Below are positions 1 through 12,881 of a stretch of DNA of 64,000 nt, piece by piece. Location of the stretch: the NCBI RefSeq assembly GCF_012964435.1, contig NZ_DTTX01000090.1; one strand, written 5' to 3'. The translations under genes were made by a program, and so were the position numbers. The notes under the pieces were generated by a model. The model had not been told where the DNA came from and made no database searches. It saw only the letters and a program-made list of their open reading frames with translations. The stretch comes from Mesonia sp. (GTDB taxonomy: Bacteria; Bacteroidota; Bacteroidia; Flavobacteriales; Flavobacteriaceae). Positions within the stretch are counted from its first letter, which is position 1. Every line of letters starts with the position of its first letter.

Positions 1-1064
1 TGTTTAACAATGATTCCAAGAAATACTAATATGATCAAACTTAATATGGCTAAGAGAATGACGGTGTTTTGTAGGGATTTGTTTTTTTGCTCAACCCTAT
101 AAAGTTGAGCACTTTCGATAATTGGCAGTATTGAAGAAATTTGATTTTTACGATGTCGGGCATTGAAAAATTCAGCATCTTCTAAAGCTATGCGAACATA
201 GGTATTTGCCTTTTTTAACTTTCCTTCTTCGTAGAGTTTTGTTGCTAAGTTTCTAAGTGCTACATTTTCTTTAATGGCATGTTGAATATCTGAAATTGCA
301 GCTAATGTGATGTAATACTTCGACTTTTCAGGTTCATCGAGTTGCTTAAAAATATAGCTTAGGCTAGAGGTTGCTATTCCATACAACTGAGGCGAGAGTT
401 CGTAGCTTTTTAGCCAAAGAAGGTAATTCTCTTTTGCCAGGTCCCAGTTTTGTTGTTGCAAGTGTTTAAGTCCGTTAGCTTTTAGGTAAGGCGAAGAGTT
501 TACTTGCACTAAGTTAAGTGCTTTATTTAGGTTTAAAATTCCTTTGCGTATATAATTTATCTGAAATTTGCTATCGTCATTATACTCTGCTAAATCAAAA
601 TACGATCTAGCTTTCGTAAAATACAAGTCATATTTTTTTAAAGGAGTTAAGGTTAGCGTGTCGATGCTTTGGAGCGTATCTATAGCTTCGGTAAACAAAC
701 CTGCAGAAAGCAGTAAAAACCCTTCTTCAATTTTCGCTTCAGAGAGGTGTGTAGTAGATTTTATTTCTTTGGCGATACCTTTTGCTTTTTCAATATAAAA
801 ATAAGCCGAGTCGTATTTAAATTCATTATAACCATCATAAAGCTTAATATAGGCTTGGTAAATTTCCTCTTTGGTTCCGCTTAAGCGTGTTTTATGCATT
901 TGAAGCGCTAAGGCTTTTAATTTTTGATGTTTTTGTTGCGTATACTGCTCTCTCTTTTCAAGAGTTTCGTCAAGTAAACTCACGAGGCTATCATTATTTT
1001 GCCCCTTACTATTTAGAGAACATATAGCAAAATATAATAAAGTAATAAGGTGAAAATTTTTCAT
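1..1064 (-). CDS. TPR-like repeat transmembrane sensor/regulator, N-terminal portion (gene continues past the left edge)
   Basis: Absent from the ORF track because it is open to the window edge. ATG at 1064 (minus) reads MKNFHLITLLYFAICSLNSKGQNN (signal peptide). A long helical-repeat region follows, then a hydrophobic segment ILLAILSLIILVFLGIIV encoded near nt 1-60. Divergent from susC. Same signal/TPR/TM layout as the kinase at 15498-17132. Confidence 0.6.
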   Translation of the reverse strand, partial: MKNFHLITLLYFAICSLNSKGQNNDSLVSLLDETLEKREQYTQQKHQKLKALALQMHKTRLSGTKEEIYQAYIKLYDGYNEFKYDSAYFYIEKAKGIAKEIKSTTHLSEAKIEEGFLLLSAGLFTEAIDTLQSIDTLTLTPLKKYDLYFTKARSYFDLAEYNDDSKFQINYIRKGILNLNKALNLVQVNSSPYLKANGLKHLQQQNWDLAKENYLLWLKSYELSPQLYGIATSSLSYIFKQLDEPEKSKYYITLAAISDIQHAIKENVALRNLATKLYEEGKLKKANTYVRIALEDAEFFNARHRKNQISSILPIIESAQLYRVEQKNKSLQNTVILLAILSLIILVFLGIIVK

Positions 1065-1278
1065 CAACAACTGTACGCTTAGGGAAAGCTAATTTAGCAA
1101 ATTCTTAAAAATGTGCGTGAAATATCACGGAATAGGTAAAAATAAGTTAATATTTTTAGAACAATAAGTCTTGATTTTTTTTGATGTGTTTTGTTTTAAT
1201 TAATTGAATATAAATCTTTTATATTTTAGATCACCTTGATTTTTTATTGAATCACATTAAAAGTCGATATTCTGCTTC

Positions 1279-1286
1279 TATTTTTG
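1279..1286 (+). promoter_or_regulatory. candidate Bacteroidota -7 promoter box (TATTTTTG, fits TAnnTTTG) for the susC operon
   Basis: Motif match read directly in the AT-rich 300-nt gap upstream of susC. No transcription start data. Confidence 0.3.
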
Positions 1287-1309
1287 GTTGCTGAACATAA
1301 CTTAAAAAC

Positions 1310-1321
1310 GAAAACGTTTTC
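1310..1321. promoter_or_regulatory. perfect 12-bp palindrome GAAAACGTTTTC, candidate LacI-type operator of the starch PUL
   Basis: Self-complementary 12-mer 46 nt upstream of the susC ATG and just downstream of the candidate -7 box. Resembles the AAnCGnTT core of LacI/CcpA-family operators. Confidence 0.4.
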
Positions 1322-1366
1322 ATTTTGATTACTGTTTCGTATTCATATTAACTTAAGTCTATTTAT

Positions 1367-4300
1367 ATGAGCATAAAATTAGAAGAAAAAAGGAAATGGT
1401 TTTCTTTTAGATTTTCAACTTCTTGGCAATTAATGTTTGTCTTTTTTTGTTTTAGTTTCTTTTACCATCCAACTCAAAGTTTTGCCTCGACAATCCAGCA
1501 ACAGGATCAAGAACTAGAAATTAAGGGAACCGTTACCGACGATCAGGGTTTGCCTCTACCGGGTGTAAATGTTATTGAAAAAGGGACCTCTAACGGAACC
1601 ATGACCGATTTTGATGGGCTTTATACCCTAAGTGTCTCTTCTGCAGATGCGGTTTTGGTTTATTCTAGTGTAGGATTTAGCAATCAAGAAGTGTTGGTTG
1701 GTGATCAACGCAACATTGATGTAAATATGGAAACCTCTGTAGCCGCTTTAGATGAAGTGGTTGTTGTGGGATATGGTGCTACCACTAAGCGTGATGTTAC
1801 CGGAGCGGTGGCAACTATTTCTGAAGAAGACTTTAACGATGGAGCCATTACCAATCCGTTACAGCAAATCTCGGGAAAAGCACCCGGAGTTAATATTAGT
1901 CAACAAGGAAGTGAACCGGGATCTTCGCCTAGCGTAAGAATTCGAGGGATTACTTCACTTATTGGTGGTAATGATCCTTTGGTAGTGGTAGATGGTGTAC
2001 AGGGAAATATGGATTTACTCAATCAAATTCCTCCTCAAGAAATTAAATCGATTGATATTTTAAAAGACGCTTCAGCCACTGCCGTTTACGGTTCACGTGG
2101 CGCACCCGGGGTAATTATTGTGACTACGAAGACCAATAAAAAGGGAAGTTCTAGTATAGAATATTCTTCTACCGCTTCTATTGATGTTTTATCTAATAAA
2201 TTAGAGGTGTTGAGTGCAGATCAATGGTGGGAACAAGCCCAACGTTATGGTGTTACCGCTTTAGCTAATCATGGTGCTAATACCGATTGGTACGATATTT
2301 TAACCGAAACCGGTTATACGCAAAATCACACGCTTTCTTTTGGTTCAGCAAGTAACAATTTTAGTTATCGAGGTTCGGTAAGTGCTATTTTGCAAGATGG
2401 AGTTGTAATTAATTCTAATAATGAGAAGTATATCGCAAGACTTTCCGCGACTCAAAAAGCATTGGATGATCGATTAACGATTACGATGAATATAAATACC
2501 GGTATTTTACAAACCACCAATAGTATTCAAAGTATTGGTAATGCAGCTTTCACTTCAAATTTAATTACCAATTCTTACTTTATGCGCCCTACCGATCCGG
2601 TTTTTGATACCGATGGGAGTTATTATACCGACCCTAACGTGTTTGAGTACCTTAACCCCTATGCGGTTGCGCAAACTACTGTTGATGAACGAGAGAATAA
2701 TAACCTCTTTGTGAGCTTAGATACCGATTTAGACATCTACGACGGACTTAGCTTAGGCTGGTTTGGGAGTTGGAGAAAAACCAATAATACCATTGGTTTC
2801 TTTTTACCGGTAGAATCTACCGACGCGAATGCTATTAATCAAGATGGTTTTGCTAACATTAATAACAGTAATCAAGATGAGAAGTTAACCAATGTGAGCT
2901 TAACTTATAAAAATACCTTTGGTGTACATCAAGTCGATGCGCTTGCTCTATACGAATGGCAACAACAAACCTATCAAGGTAATTATGCTCAAGCTCGAGG
3001 TTTTTTTAATAACGAAACCACTTATCATGCTTTGCAAGGAGGAGATTTATCTGATGTGAGAACCGGAGATATTTCCTCCTATAAAAACGATCGAAGTTTA
3101 GTTTCCTTTTTAGGAAGACTTAATTATACTTTATTAGATAAGTATTTATTAACGGTAAGTTACCGTAGAGACGGCTCTTCTGTATTCGGGGAGAATAACA
3201 AGTGGGGGAATTTCCCGGCAGCCTCTGTAGGGTGGAGAATAGATGAAGAAGATTTTATGCAGGATGGTATTTTTGATCAGTTAAAATTACGAGGAGGTTT
3301 TGGGATCACGGGTAATCAGCAAGGATTATTCCCTCAACAATCTTTATCGCTAGTGAGTCCTGGCGGGATCACTTATTTTGGAGGTGAAGAGATTAGAAAT
3401 TTTCAAATTTCGCAAAATTCAAATGAAGACTTAAAATGGGAACGTAAAAAGCAAACCAATATCGGAGTTGATTTTAGTTTGTTTGAACGTAGATTAAGCG
3501 GTTCTATTGATGCCTTTACGGCGACCACCGATGACCTTCTTTTTAATTATACCGTGCCGCAGCCACCATTCCCATACAATACTATTGCTGCTAATGTAGG
3601 AAGTATTCGCAACCGTGGGCTTGAGTTTGCCCTTAGTTATCAGGTTATCAATACTGAAGATCTATCCTTTACTATGGCCGGTAATCTATCTCTACTCGAT
3701 AATGAAGTATTAAATTTAAGCGGAAGCATTAACGGTGTCGATTTAAATACGAATTACATTCCTTGGGGATCTAACTCATTTTTAATTGAAGGAGAAGCTA
3801 TAGGTACCTATTCTATCTTACAGCACGAAGGGATAGATAATGTAGGTGCAGAGGTTGTACAAGATGTGAATGGCGATGGTATTATCGATCAAGGAACTAG
3901 AAGCCCAGATCGTGTACAGCAAGGATCAGCACTACCTACTTACAACTTTGCCATTAATCCTACATTTAGCTATAAGAATTTCGATTTTTCTATGTTATGG
4001 AGAGGTTCCGGAGGTAATAAAATCTATAATGGCCTTCGTAAAAGCATGAGTTTGATGGAAAGTATAGGGAATCAAAATGTACTGCAGAGTGCTGTAGATT
4101 TAGACCTTTATACGTCACAATATGCTTCTAATCTTTGGTTGGAAGATGGTGATTTTGTTCGTCTAGAAAATGTGACAGCAGGGTATAATATTCCGATGAA
4201 TGATTCTAAATATATTAAAAATTTAAGGATATCTGTGACCGGTAATAACCTATGGTTAATTACCGATTATTCCGGAGTAGATCCTGAACTTAATTTTAGT

Positions 4301-4384
4301 GGAGCCAATGGTTTTGGAGGAGATTTTGGGATCTATCCAAGAACCACTAGTGTAGCCTTAGGTTTACAAGTAAAATTTAAATAA
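1367..4384 (+). CDS. susC: SusC-like TonB-dependent outer-membrane transporter
   Basis: 1005 aa. Signal peptide, CarboxypepD_reg-like segment (IKGTVTDDQGLPLPGVNVIEKGTSNGTMTDFDGLY), plug motifs (LDEVVVVGYG; DILKDASATAVYGSRGAPGVIIVTTK) and a long beta-barrel. A SusD-like gene follows directly. Confidence 0.9.
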   Translation: MSIKLEEKRKWFSFRFSTSWQLMFVFFCFSFFYHPTQSFASTIQQQDQELEIKGTVTDDQGLPLPGVNVIEKGTSNGTMTDFDGLYTLSVSSADAVLVYSSVGFSNQEVLVGDQRNIDVNMETSVAALDEVVVVGYGATTKRDVTGAVATISEEDFNDGAITNPLQQISGKAPGVNISQQGSEPGSSPSVRIRGITSLIGGNDPLVVVDGVQGNMDLLNQIPPQEIKSIDILKDASATAVYGSRGAPGVIIVTTKTNKKGSSSIEYSSTASIDVLSNKLEVLSADQWWEQAQRYGVTALANHGANTDWYDILTETGYTQNHTLSFGSASNNFSYRGSVSAILQDGVVINSNNEKYIARLSATQKALDDRLTITMNINTGILQTTNSIQSIGNAAFTSNLITNSYFMRPTDPVFDTDGSYYTDPNVFEYLNPYAVAQTTVDERENNNLFVSLDTDLDIYDGLSLGWFGSWRKTNNTIGFFLPVESTDANAINQDGFANINNSNQDEKLTNVSLTYKNTFGVHQVDALALYEWQQQTYQGNYAQARGFFNNETTYHALQGGDLSDVRTGDISSYKNDRSLVSFLGRLNYTLLDKYLLTVSYRRDGSSVFGENNKWGNFPAASVGWRIDEEDFMQDGIFDQLKLRGGFGITGNQQGLFPQQSLSLVSPGGITYFGGEEIRNFQISQNSNEDLKWERKKQTNIGVDFSLFERRLSGSIDAFTATTDDLLFNYTVPQPPFPYNTIAANVGSIRNRGLEFALSYQVINTEDLSFTMAGNLSLLDNEVLNLSGSINGVDLNTNYIPWGSNSFLIEGEAIGTYSILQHEGIDNVGAEVVQDVNGDGIIDQGTRSPDRVQQGSALPTYNFAINPTFSYKNFDFSMLWRGSGGNKIYNGLRKSMSLMESIGNQNVLQSAVDLDLYTSQYASNLWLEDGDFVRLENVTAGYNIPMNDSKYIKNLRISVTGNNLWLITDYSGVDPELNFSGANGFGGDFGIYPRTTSVALGLQVKFK

Positions 4385-5890
4385 ATGTATATGAAAAAAT
4401 ATAACTATATCATCTTAATCGCAGTATTTGCCGGTATGTTTTTAAATTCTTGTACCGGTGATGTTGAAGAAAATGTATATGATAAATATCAAGCTAACGA
4501 GTTTTACTCAACCCCAGAAGGAGCCGATGTAGCTTTAGCGGCAGTTTATGCACAGGTAGCCGGTAATTGGGGGGGCGTAGGTTATGCAGGTGCCGATAAT
4601 GGTTGGTATGATTTAAACTGTATGACTGCCGATGAGCAAGTTATACCGCATCGTAACGATGGTGCTTGGCAATTAGATTTTGCTAGACTTTACCAACATG
4701 AATGGTTACCCTCAGACCTTATTGTGAATAATACGTGGAATTGGCTTTATCAGGCTATTTTTAGTGCCAATTTAGCGGTGGAGCAATTAGAGAATGCTGA
4801 AGCAGCCCAGGCAAAAATAGCAGAGGCCAAAACCTTACGAGCTTTCTTTTATTATTTATTAATGGATGATTATGGGAATATCCCATTTTATACCGAAAAT
4901 AATGTTACCGTCGAAGATTTACCACAAGCTTCACGCCAAGAGGTTTTTGAATTTATTGTTACTGAGTTGGAAGAAAATGTTCCTGAATTATCAGAAACAA
5001 AAGGAGGTGAATACTATGGCCGTTTTAATCGATGGGCCGGGTATGCATTATTAGCTAAGGTCTATTTAAATGCAGAAGTTTATACCGGAACAGCCCAATG
5101 GCAAGCTTGTATTGATGCGATTGAACAATTAGAAAACGGAGGGTTTTCTCTACATCCCGGCAGTGCTAACGAAGCCAGCCCAATAGGATACCAATACTAC
5201 GAGCTTTTTGGAGATCGTCTTCCTGAAGATGAAACAATTTTAGCCATGTTTGCAACTGTGAATATTGTTTCTAGAAATGTGTATACCATCAGAAGTTTTA
5301 GTGGGCCTCACGCACAAGAACTATTTGGGGTAAGCGGCTGGAATGGTACCATTGTACCTGAAGCTTTTTACAATTCTTATGATGATAACGATATTAGAAA
5401 AGCCCAGTTTTTAGTAGGAGATCAACCCGGAGGTGTTACCTATACGGCAGCAGTAAGTAATCTAGATAATCCGGGAGCTAATCCTTTTGCAGGGGTTCGC
5501 AATCAAAAGTTTTACCCGGCAACTCCCTTAGATGGAGGTGGAGCGTCTAACGATTTTCCTATCTATCGTTATGCCGATTTTATGTTGATGAAAGCTGAAT
5601 GTTTGGTGAGGCTCGGCAACGCAGGGGCTGCAAAACCTTTAGTAGATGCCGTTCGAGAACGCGCAGGATTGTCTGCTTTAGAAAGCAACCCCAGCCTAGA
5701 AGCTATTTATAACGAACGTGGGTTTGAATTAAATTGGGAAGGTCACCGCCGTCAAGATATGATTCGATTTGGTACTTTTTTAGAAGCTAATGAATTCAGA
5801 GGAGTTTCAGGCGAATATCGAGAATTATTCCCAATTCCTACTTCTGCTTTAGATGCTAATCCTAACCTAGTTCAAAACCCCGGTTACTAA
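4385..5890 (+). CDS. susD: SusD/RagB-family glycan-binding lipoprotein
   Basis: 501 aa. Lipoprotein signal (MFLNSC). Abuts the susC stop. SusD-like C-terminal region (YRYADFMLMKAECLVRLGN; ERGFELNWEGHRRQDMIRFG). ATG at 4391 is an alternative start. Confidence 0.9.
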   Translation: MYMKKYNYIILIAVFAGMFLNSCTGDVEENVYDKYQANEFYSTPEGADVALAAVYAQVAGNWGGVGYAGADNGWYDLNCMTADEQVIPHRNDGAWQLDFARLYQHEWLPSDLIVNNTWNWLYQAIFSANLAVEQLENAEAAQAKIAEAKTLRAFFYYLLMDDYGNIPFYTENNVTVEDLPQASRQEVFEFIVTELEENVPELSETKGGEYYGRFNRWAGYALLAKVYLNAEVYTGTAQWQACIDAIEQLENGGFSLHPGSANEASPIGYQYYELFGDRLPEDETILAMFATVNIVSRNVYTIRSFSGPHAQELFGVSGWNGTIVPEAFYNSYDDNDIRKAQFLVGDQPGGVTYTAAVSNLDNPGANPFAGVRNQKFYPATPLDGGGASNDFPIYRYADFMLMKAECLVRLGNAGAAKPLVDAVRERAGLSALESNPSLEAIYNERGFELNWEGHRRQDMIRFGTFLEANEFRGVSGEYRELFPIPTSALDANPNLVQNPGY

Positions 5891-5901
5891 AATTGAAAAC
5901 G

Positions 5902-6966
5902 ATGAAAAAAGTATATGTATTTATGATATTGATAAGTGTGGTATTATTTTCCACCTTGTCTTGTACTGAAAACGATGATACGTTAACGACACTTGAAGCT
6001 GTGCGTTTTAATTCAAAACCTCAAGTTACCCCAGAAGTAGTTCAGCTTACGCAAGAGGAACAAGCGCAACCTGCGATCAATATTTCTTGGGAAGAAGTTC
6101 ATTTCCCTATTTCAGAAGCTCCGGTAGCTTATAGCGTACAGTTTGATGTTGTTTCTGACACTATTGGAGAAAATGCTTGGGAGAGTGCAATTACTAAAAC
6201 CGTAGGAGAAGATGTATTAAGTACAGAAGTTAGCGTTGAAGAATTAAACACTATTGCTTTAGATTTAGGTCTATTGCCAGCAGAAACCGCTACGATGGCT
6301 GTGAGAATAAGAGCATTTGTAGATCGAGAAGTTTTCTCCAACGCGACCGCGTTCGAAGTCACTCCCTACGAGGTGGTTGTAGGTAATAACCTGCTTTACG
6401 TACCGGGTGCTTATCAAGGATGGGATCCTGCGAGTGCGGCTACTTTAAAAGAGACTGCAACTCCCGGAGTATTTGTAGGATACCTAACTTTTGAAGCTCC
6501 TGCTGCATTAGAATTTAAGTTTACCACTGCACCCAATTGGGATGATAATTATGGGGGAGATGGTAATGGAAATTTAGTGTTTGAAGGGAATAATGTTTCA
6601 GTTCCCAATATAGGCTCTTATCAAATTACCGTTAATATGAATACTATGACCTGGATGGCAGAATCGTATTCTTGGGGGATTATCGGAACCGCAACACCAG
6701 GAGGTTGGGATGCCGATACCGATATGAGTTATAACTACCAACAAGATTATTGGGAGTTTACCGGAGGTTTAGTTGCTGGAGCTTTAAAATTTCGATTGAA
6801 TGACCAATGGAACGTTAATTACGGTTCCCAGAACAGCACCGATTTTATCGCTTACCTAGATGATCCCGGAGCTCACGACGTTGCTGCAGCAGGAAACTAT
6901 CATGTCACCTTTCAGATAGATCCTACCGACCCTAATATCGCATATTATACCGTAGAATTACAATAA
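5902..6966 (+). CDS. SusE/SusF-like outer-membrane starch-binding lipoprotein
   Basis: Lipoprotein signal (LFSTLSC). Sits directly after susD. Has repeated W/Y-rich beta-sandwich-like segments (GAYQGWDP; TPGGWDAD). The ORF track starts at TTG 5893; ATG 5902 is preferred. Confidence 0.65.
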   Translation: MKKVYVFMILISVVLFSTLSCTENDDTLTTLEAVRFNSKPQVTPEVVQLTQEEQAQPAINISWEEVHFPISEAPVAYSVQFDVVSDTIGENAWESAITKTVGEDVLSTEVSVEELNTIALDLGLLPAETATMAVRIRAFVDREVFSNATAFEVTPYEVVVGNNLLYVPGAYQGWDPASAATLKETATPGVFVGYLTFEAPAALEFKFTTAPNWDDNYGGDGNGNLVFEGNNVSVPNIGSYQITVNMNTMTWMAESYSWGIIGTATPGGWDADTDMSYNYQQDYWEFTGGLVAGALKFRLNDQWNVNYGSQNSTDFIAYLDDPGAHDVAAAGNYHVTFQIDPTDPNIAYYTVELQ

Positions 6967-6976
6967 ATAAAACACA

Positions 6977-10536
<3,560 letters not shown>

Positions 10537-10567
10537 TGTGTTTTAAATAGTTTGTAAATGGAAAAGG

Positions 10568-10597
10568 GGTTCTCGGTTTTACGAGAGCCTTTTTTTA
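10568..10597 (+). terminator. rho-independent terminator after GH97
   Basis: Stem GGTTCTCG / CGAGAGCC (one G-U pair), 6-nt loop, then a T7 run. Confidence 0.6.
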
Positions 10598-10605
10598 TGA
10601 TTCGT

Positions 10606-10668
10606 AGTTTACAGTTTACAGTTTACAGTTTGCAGTGTTCAGTTTACGGTTTACAGTTTACAGTGTTT
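10606..10668. repeat. tandem heptamer array, about 9 units of AGTTTAC (variants AGTTTGC, AGTGTTC, GGTTTAC)
   Basis: Read directly: AGTTTAC AGTTTAC AGTTTAC AGTTTGC AGTGTTC AGTTTAC GGTTTAC AGTTTAC AGTGTTT. Degenerate units continue to about 10682. Confidence 0.9.
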
Positions 10669-10710
10669 TGTAGGCAGTTTTTTGGTAAGTTAAATCGGTG
10701 CTAGACGAAG

Positions 10711-12183
10711 TTATCTTTTTTTCCAGAGTTCTTTACCAAGGTAAAGTTTTTCATTTAGTAGGTGCTTATAAATTTCATCTACATTATCACCGTTTAGAAA
10801 AATAATGTATCCGTTTTTTGATTGCGGAAACCAAATGGCTAATGTGCTTACACCGGGATCTTTACCAGTATGTAATAATGCATATTCTTCATTTTTAAAA
10901 TTGGTGAGAATTTCCCATCCCAATCCGAAATAATCATCATTTTTTAATTTTAGTTGAGGTGAGATCATTTGCTTAAATAACTCTTCTGAAAGTCCGGCGC
11001 CATTGATGATGTATGCTATAAAAGTACTATAATCTTTTACCGTAGTTAATAAATTTGCTGCCGCATTCGCCTCTTGGTATTTTTCAAGTTCAATTTTTGT
11101 GCCTTCAAAATCGAAATTTTGAGCATATCGAGATTCATCCACTTCTTTATTCCACCAGAAATGCGTGTCTTTCATTTTTAGTGGAGCGAAGATCATTTCA
11201 TCTGCCAACTCTTCTATACTTTTATTAAACTTTCGCTCTAAAGCTCTTCTTAGGTATTCAAACCCTTCTCCAGAATATTGATATTGTGATCCGGGGTCGA
11301 ACTGAAAATCTAATTTCTGATTTTTATTACTGTAGCGCCAATTAGGAAAACCGGTTTGGTGCGTTAGAATTATATAAGGAGTAAGCAATTTAACTCTTTT
11401 ATCATTGTGTAAATCGGGATCTATCCAATATTTATACAGAGGTTCATTTAATTGAAGTAAGCCTTTATCGATAAGCTTTAAGGTTAAGAGGCTTACTACG
11501 GGCTTAGTTAAAGAAGCTACTTTAAAAATGGTATGGTATGGTGCGGTTCTATGCTTATCTAGTGTGCCGTATGTTGCAAGATGAGTAACTTCTCCGTCAT
11601 TTATAATTCCCAAACCTAAAGCCGGGACATTACTTTTTGCGAGTAGCTTTTCGATGTCGAACTTATGTGCTTCCGGGTCTTCACTTTGGTGGTTGTAGCT
11701 AAGAACTTCACTTAATTTCCAACTATCATCTTCTAATACCCATACGTGGGTGAACTTCGCAGTGCTTGTCCATTTCTCTTCTCCATCTTCACTTCTAAGA
11801 AAAAAATGATGTACTCCTTGTTGGATTGCACCATAAATTTTCCCATTATCCTGAAGAGGATTAGCTAATGGAAAAACTTCTAAGCTTTCTACTTCTACCT
11901 TTCGAATAGGTTTACTACCGTTTTCTGTACAAATGTATTTTTTTGTATTCTCGAAGAAAGTTTTCTTATCCTGGAAGCCACTTTGATCGTGGTAAAATCT
12001 TAACTTATCTGAAGTATGTTGATCGAGGTAAGTGAGATCACATTGATTAAAACCTCTTTCAAAAAAGATGCTGTCTTGTTCTTGCAATGTTTTAAATAAT
12101 GCAGATTCTTTTGGTAATTGGGCACGCGTATTTAGTATAGTTAACGTCCCGATAAGAATGGTTAAGAAGGTATGTTTCAACAT
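10711..12183 (-). CDS. secreted serine hydrolase of the beta-lactamase/PBP fold with an extra N-terminal domain
   Basis: SxxK motif (VASLTKP), YSGEG in the Y-x-N position, HTG near the C-terminus (LLHTGKDPG). Signal peptide begins at the second Met (MLKHTFLTILIGTLTILNTRA). The ORF track start at 12210 is possible. Confidence 0.8.
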   Translation of the reverse strand: MLKHTFLTILIGTLTILNTRAQLPKESALFKTLQEQDSIFFERGFNQCDLTYLDQHTSDKLRFYHDQSGFQDKKTFFENTKKYICTENGSKPIRKVEVESLEVFPLANPLQDNGKIYGAIQQGVHHFFLRSEDGEEKWTSTAKFTHVWVLEDDSWKLSEVLSYNHQSEDPEAHKFDIEKLLAKSNVPALGLGIINDGEVTHLATYGTLDKHRTAPYHTIFKVASLTKPVVSLLTLKLIDKGLLQLNEPLYKYWIDPDLHNDKRVKLLTPYIILTHQTGFPNWRYSNKNQKLDFQFDPGSQYQYSGEGFEYLRRALERKFNKSIEELADEMIFAPLKMKDTHFWWNKEVDESRYAQNFDFEGTKIELEKYQEANAAANLLTTVKDYSTFIAYIINGAGLSEELFKQMISPQLKLKNDDYFGLGWEILTNFKNEEYALLHTGKDPGVSTLAIWFPQSKNGYIIFLNGDNVDEIYKHLLNEKLYLGKELWKKR

Positions 12184-12237
12184 TTTTATTTTTTTGGTAA
12201 AATTGATCATTATTCTTCTTTAAAATAACTATTCTCT

Positions 12238-12267
12238 CCCGACAATAGCACGACAATTTCCCGACAG
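12238..12267. repeat. three direct 8-bp repeats C(C/A)CGACA(A/G) with exact 11-bp spacing, candidate regulator binding sites
   Basis: CCCGACAA at 12238, CACGACAA at 12249, CCCGACAG at 12260. A GC-rich island in AT-rich spacer, between the XRE gene stop and the hydrolase gene start. Confidence 0.35.
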
Positions 12268-12279
12268 CCTCCGTGATAA

Positions 12280-12819
12280 CTAGATTAAACTAAAATTGAG
12301 CTGAAAATAAATTTTTCCTTTTTTATCTATTTCGATGGCATTTCTAAGAATTAAAAATAGGTTGGAGAGCGCTAAAATGATCATCACGATGAAGATAAAC
12401 TTGCTTGATAATGAATACCAATTTTTTAAAAGGGAGGCTCCCATAAAAATGAAAATTGCCCCAAGAAACCATAAAATTTGAAGTGTTACAATTTGCTTTG
12501 TTAATGGGGAAAATTGATGTTTTATTCTGATCAAGATCAAGGGTAGGATGATATTGAACGGCGGAAAAAGTATTCCCGGGATCGAAGAAAGATTAATAAG
12601 CTTTATAACTGATGCTGAAGGATTTTCTGGATTTTCTTTTGTAGTTATTAACTCGCTGGGTTTTACCTTTAACTCTTCCGCTAAAATTTTTAAAGTATGA
12701 CCTTTAGGTTCATTTCCTGCTTCGATGCGCTGAATTGTTCTTACCGAAAGTTTCGTTCTGGTTGCTAATTCTTCTTGCGTTAAGTTTTGTTGCTCGCGAA
12801 GGTCTTTTAGTTTAGACAT
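12280..12819 (-). CDS. membrane-anchored XRE-family HTH transcriptional regulator
   Basis: N-terminal HTH_3-type motif (LTQEELATRTKLSVRTIQRIEAG), followed by 3-4 hydrophobic helices. Confidence 0.8.
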   Translation of the reverse strand: MSKLKDLREQQNLTQEELATRTKLSVRTIQRIEAGNEPKGHTLKILAEELKVKPSELITTKENPENPSASVIKLINLSSIPGILFPPFNIILPLILIRIKHQFSPLTKQIVTLQILWFLGAIFIFMGASLLKNWYSLSSKFIFIVMIILALSNLFLILRNAIEIDKKGKIYFQLNFSLI

Positions 12820-12881
12820 AGATCAGGCTTGTTTTTTAGAAGCTAAGGTACTAAGGTAATTTATTTTAGTTGACTGTTAGC

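Noticed and set aside
568-798. 76-aa plus-strand ORF from the ORF track
   Set aside because: It lies antisense inside the much longer minus-strand TPR regulator frame (1-1064), which has a signal peptide and coherent repeats. Low-complexity translation.
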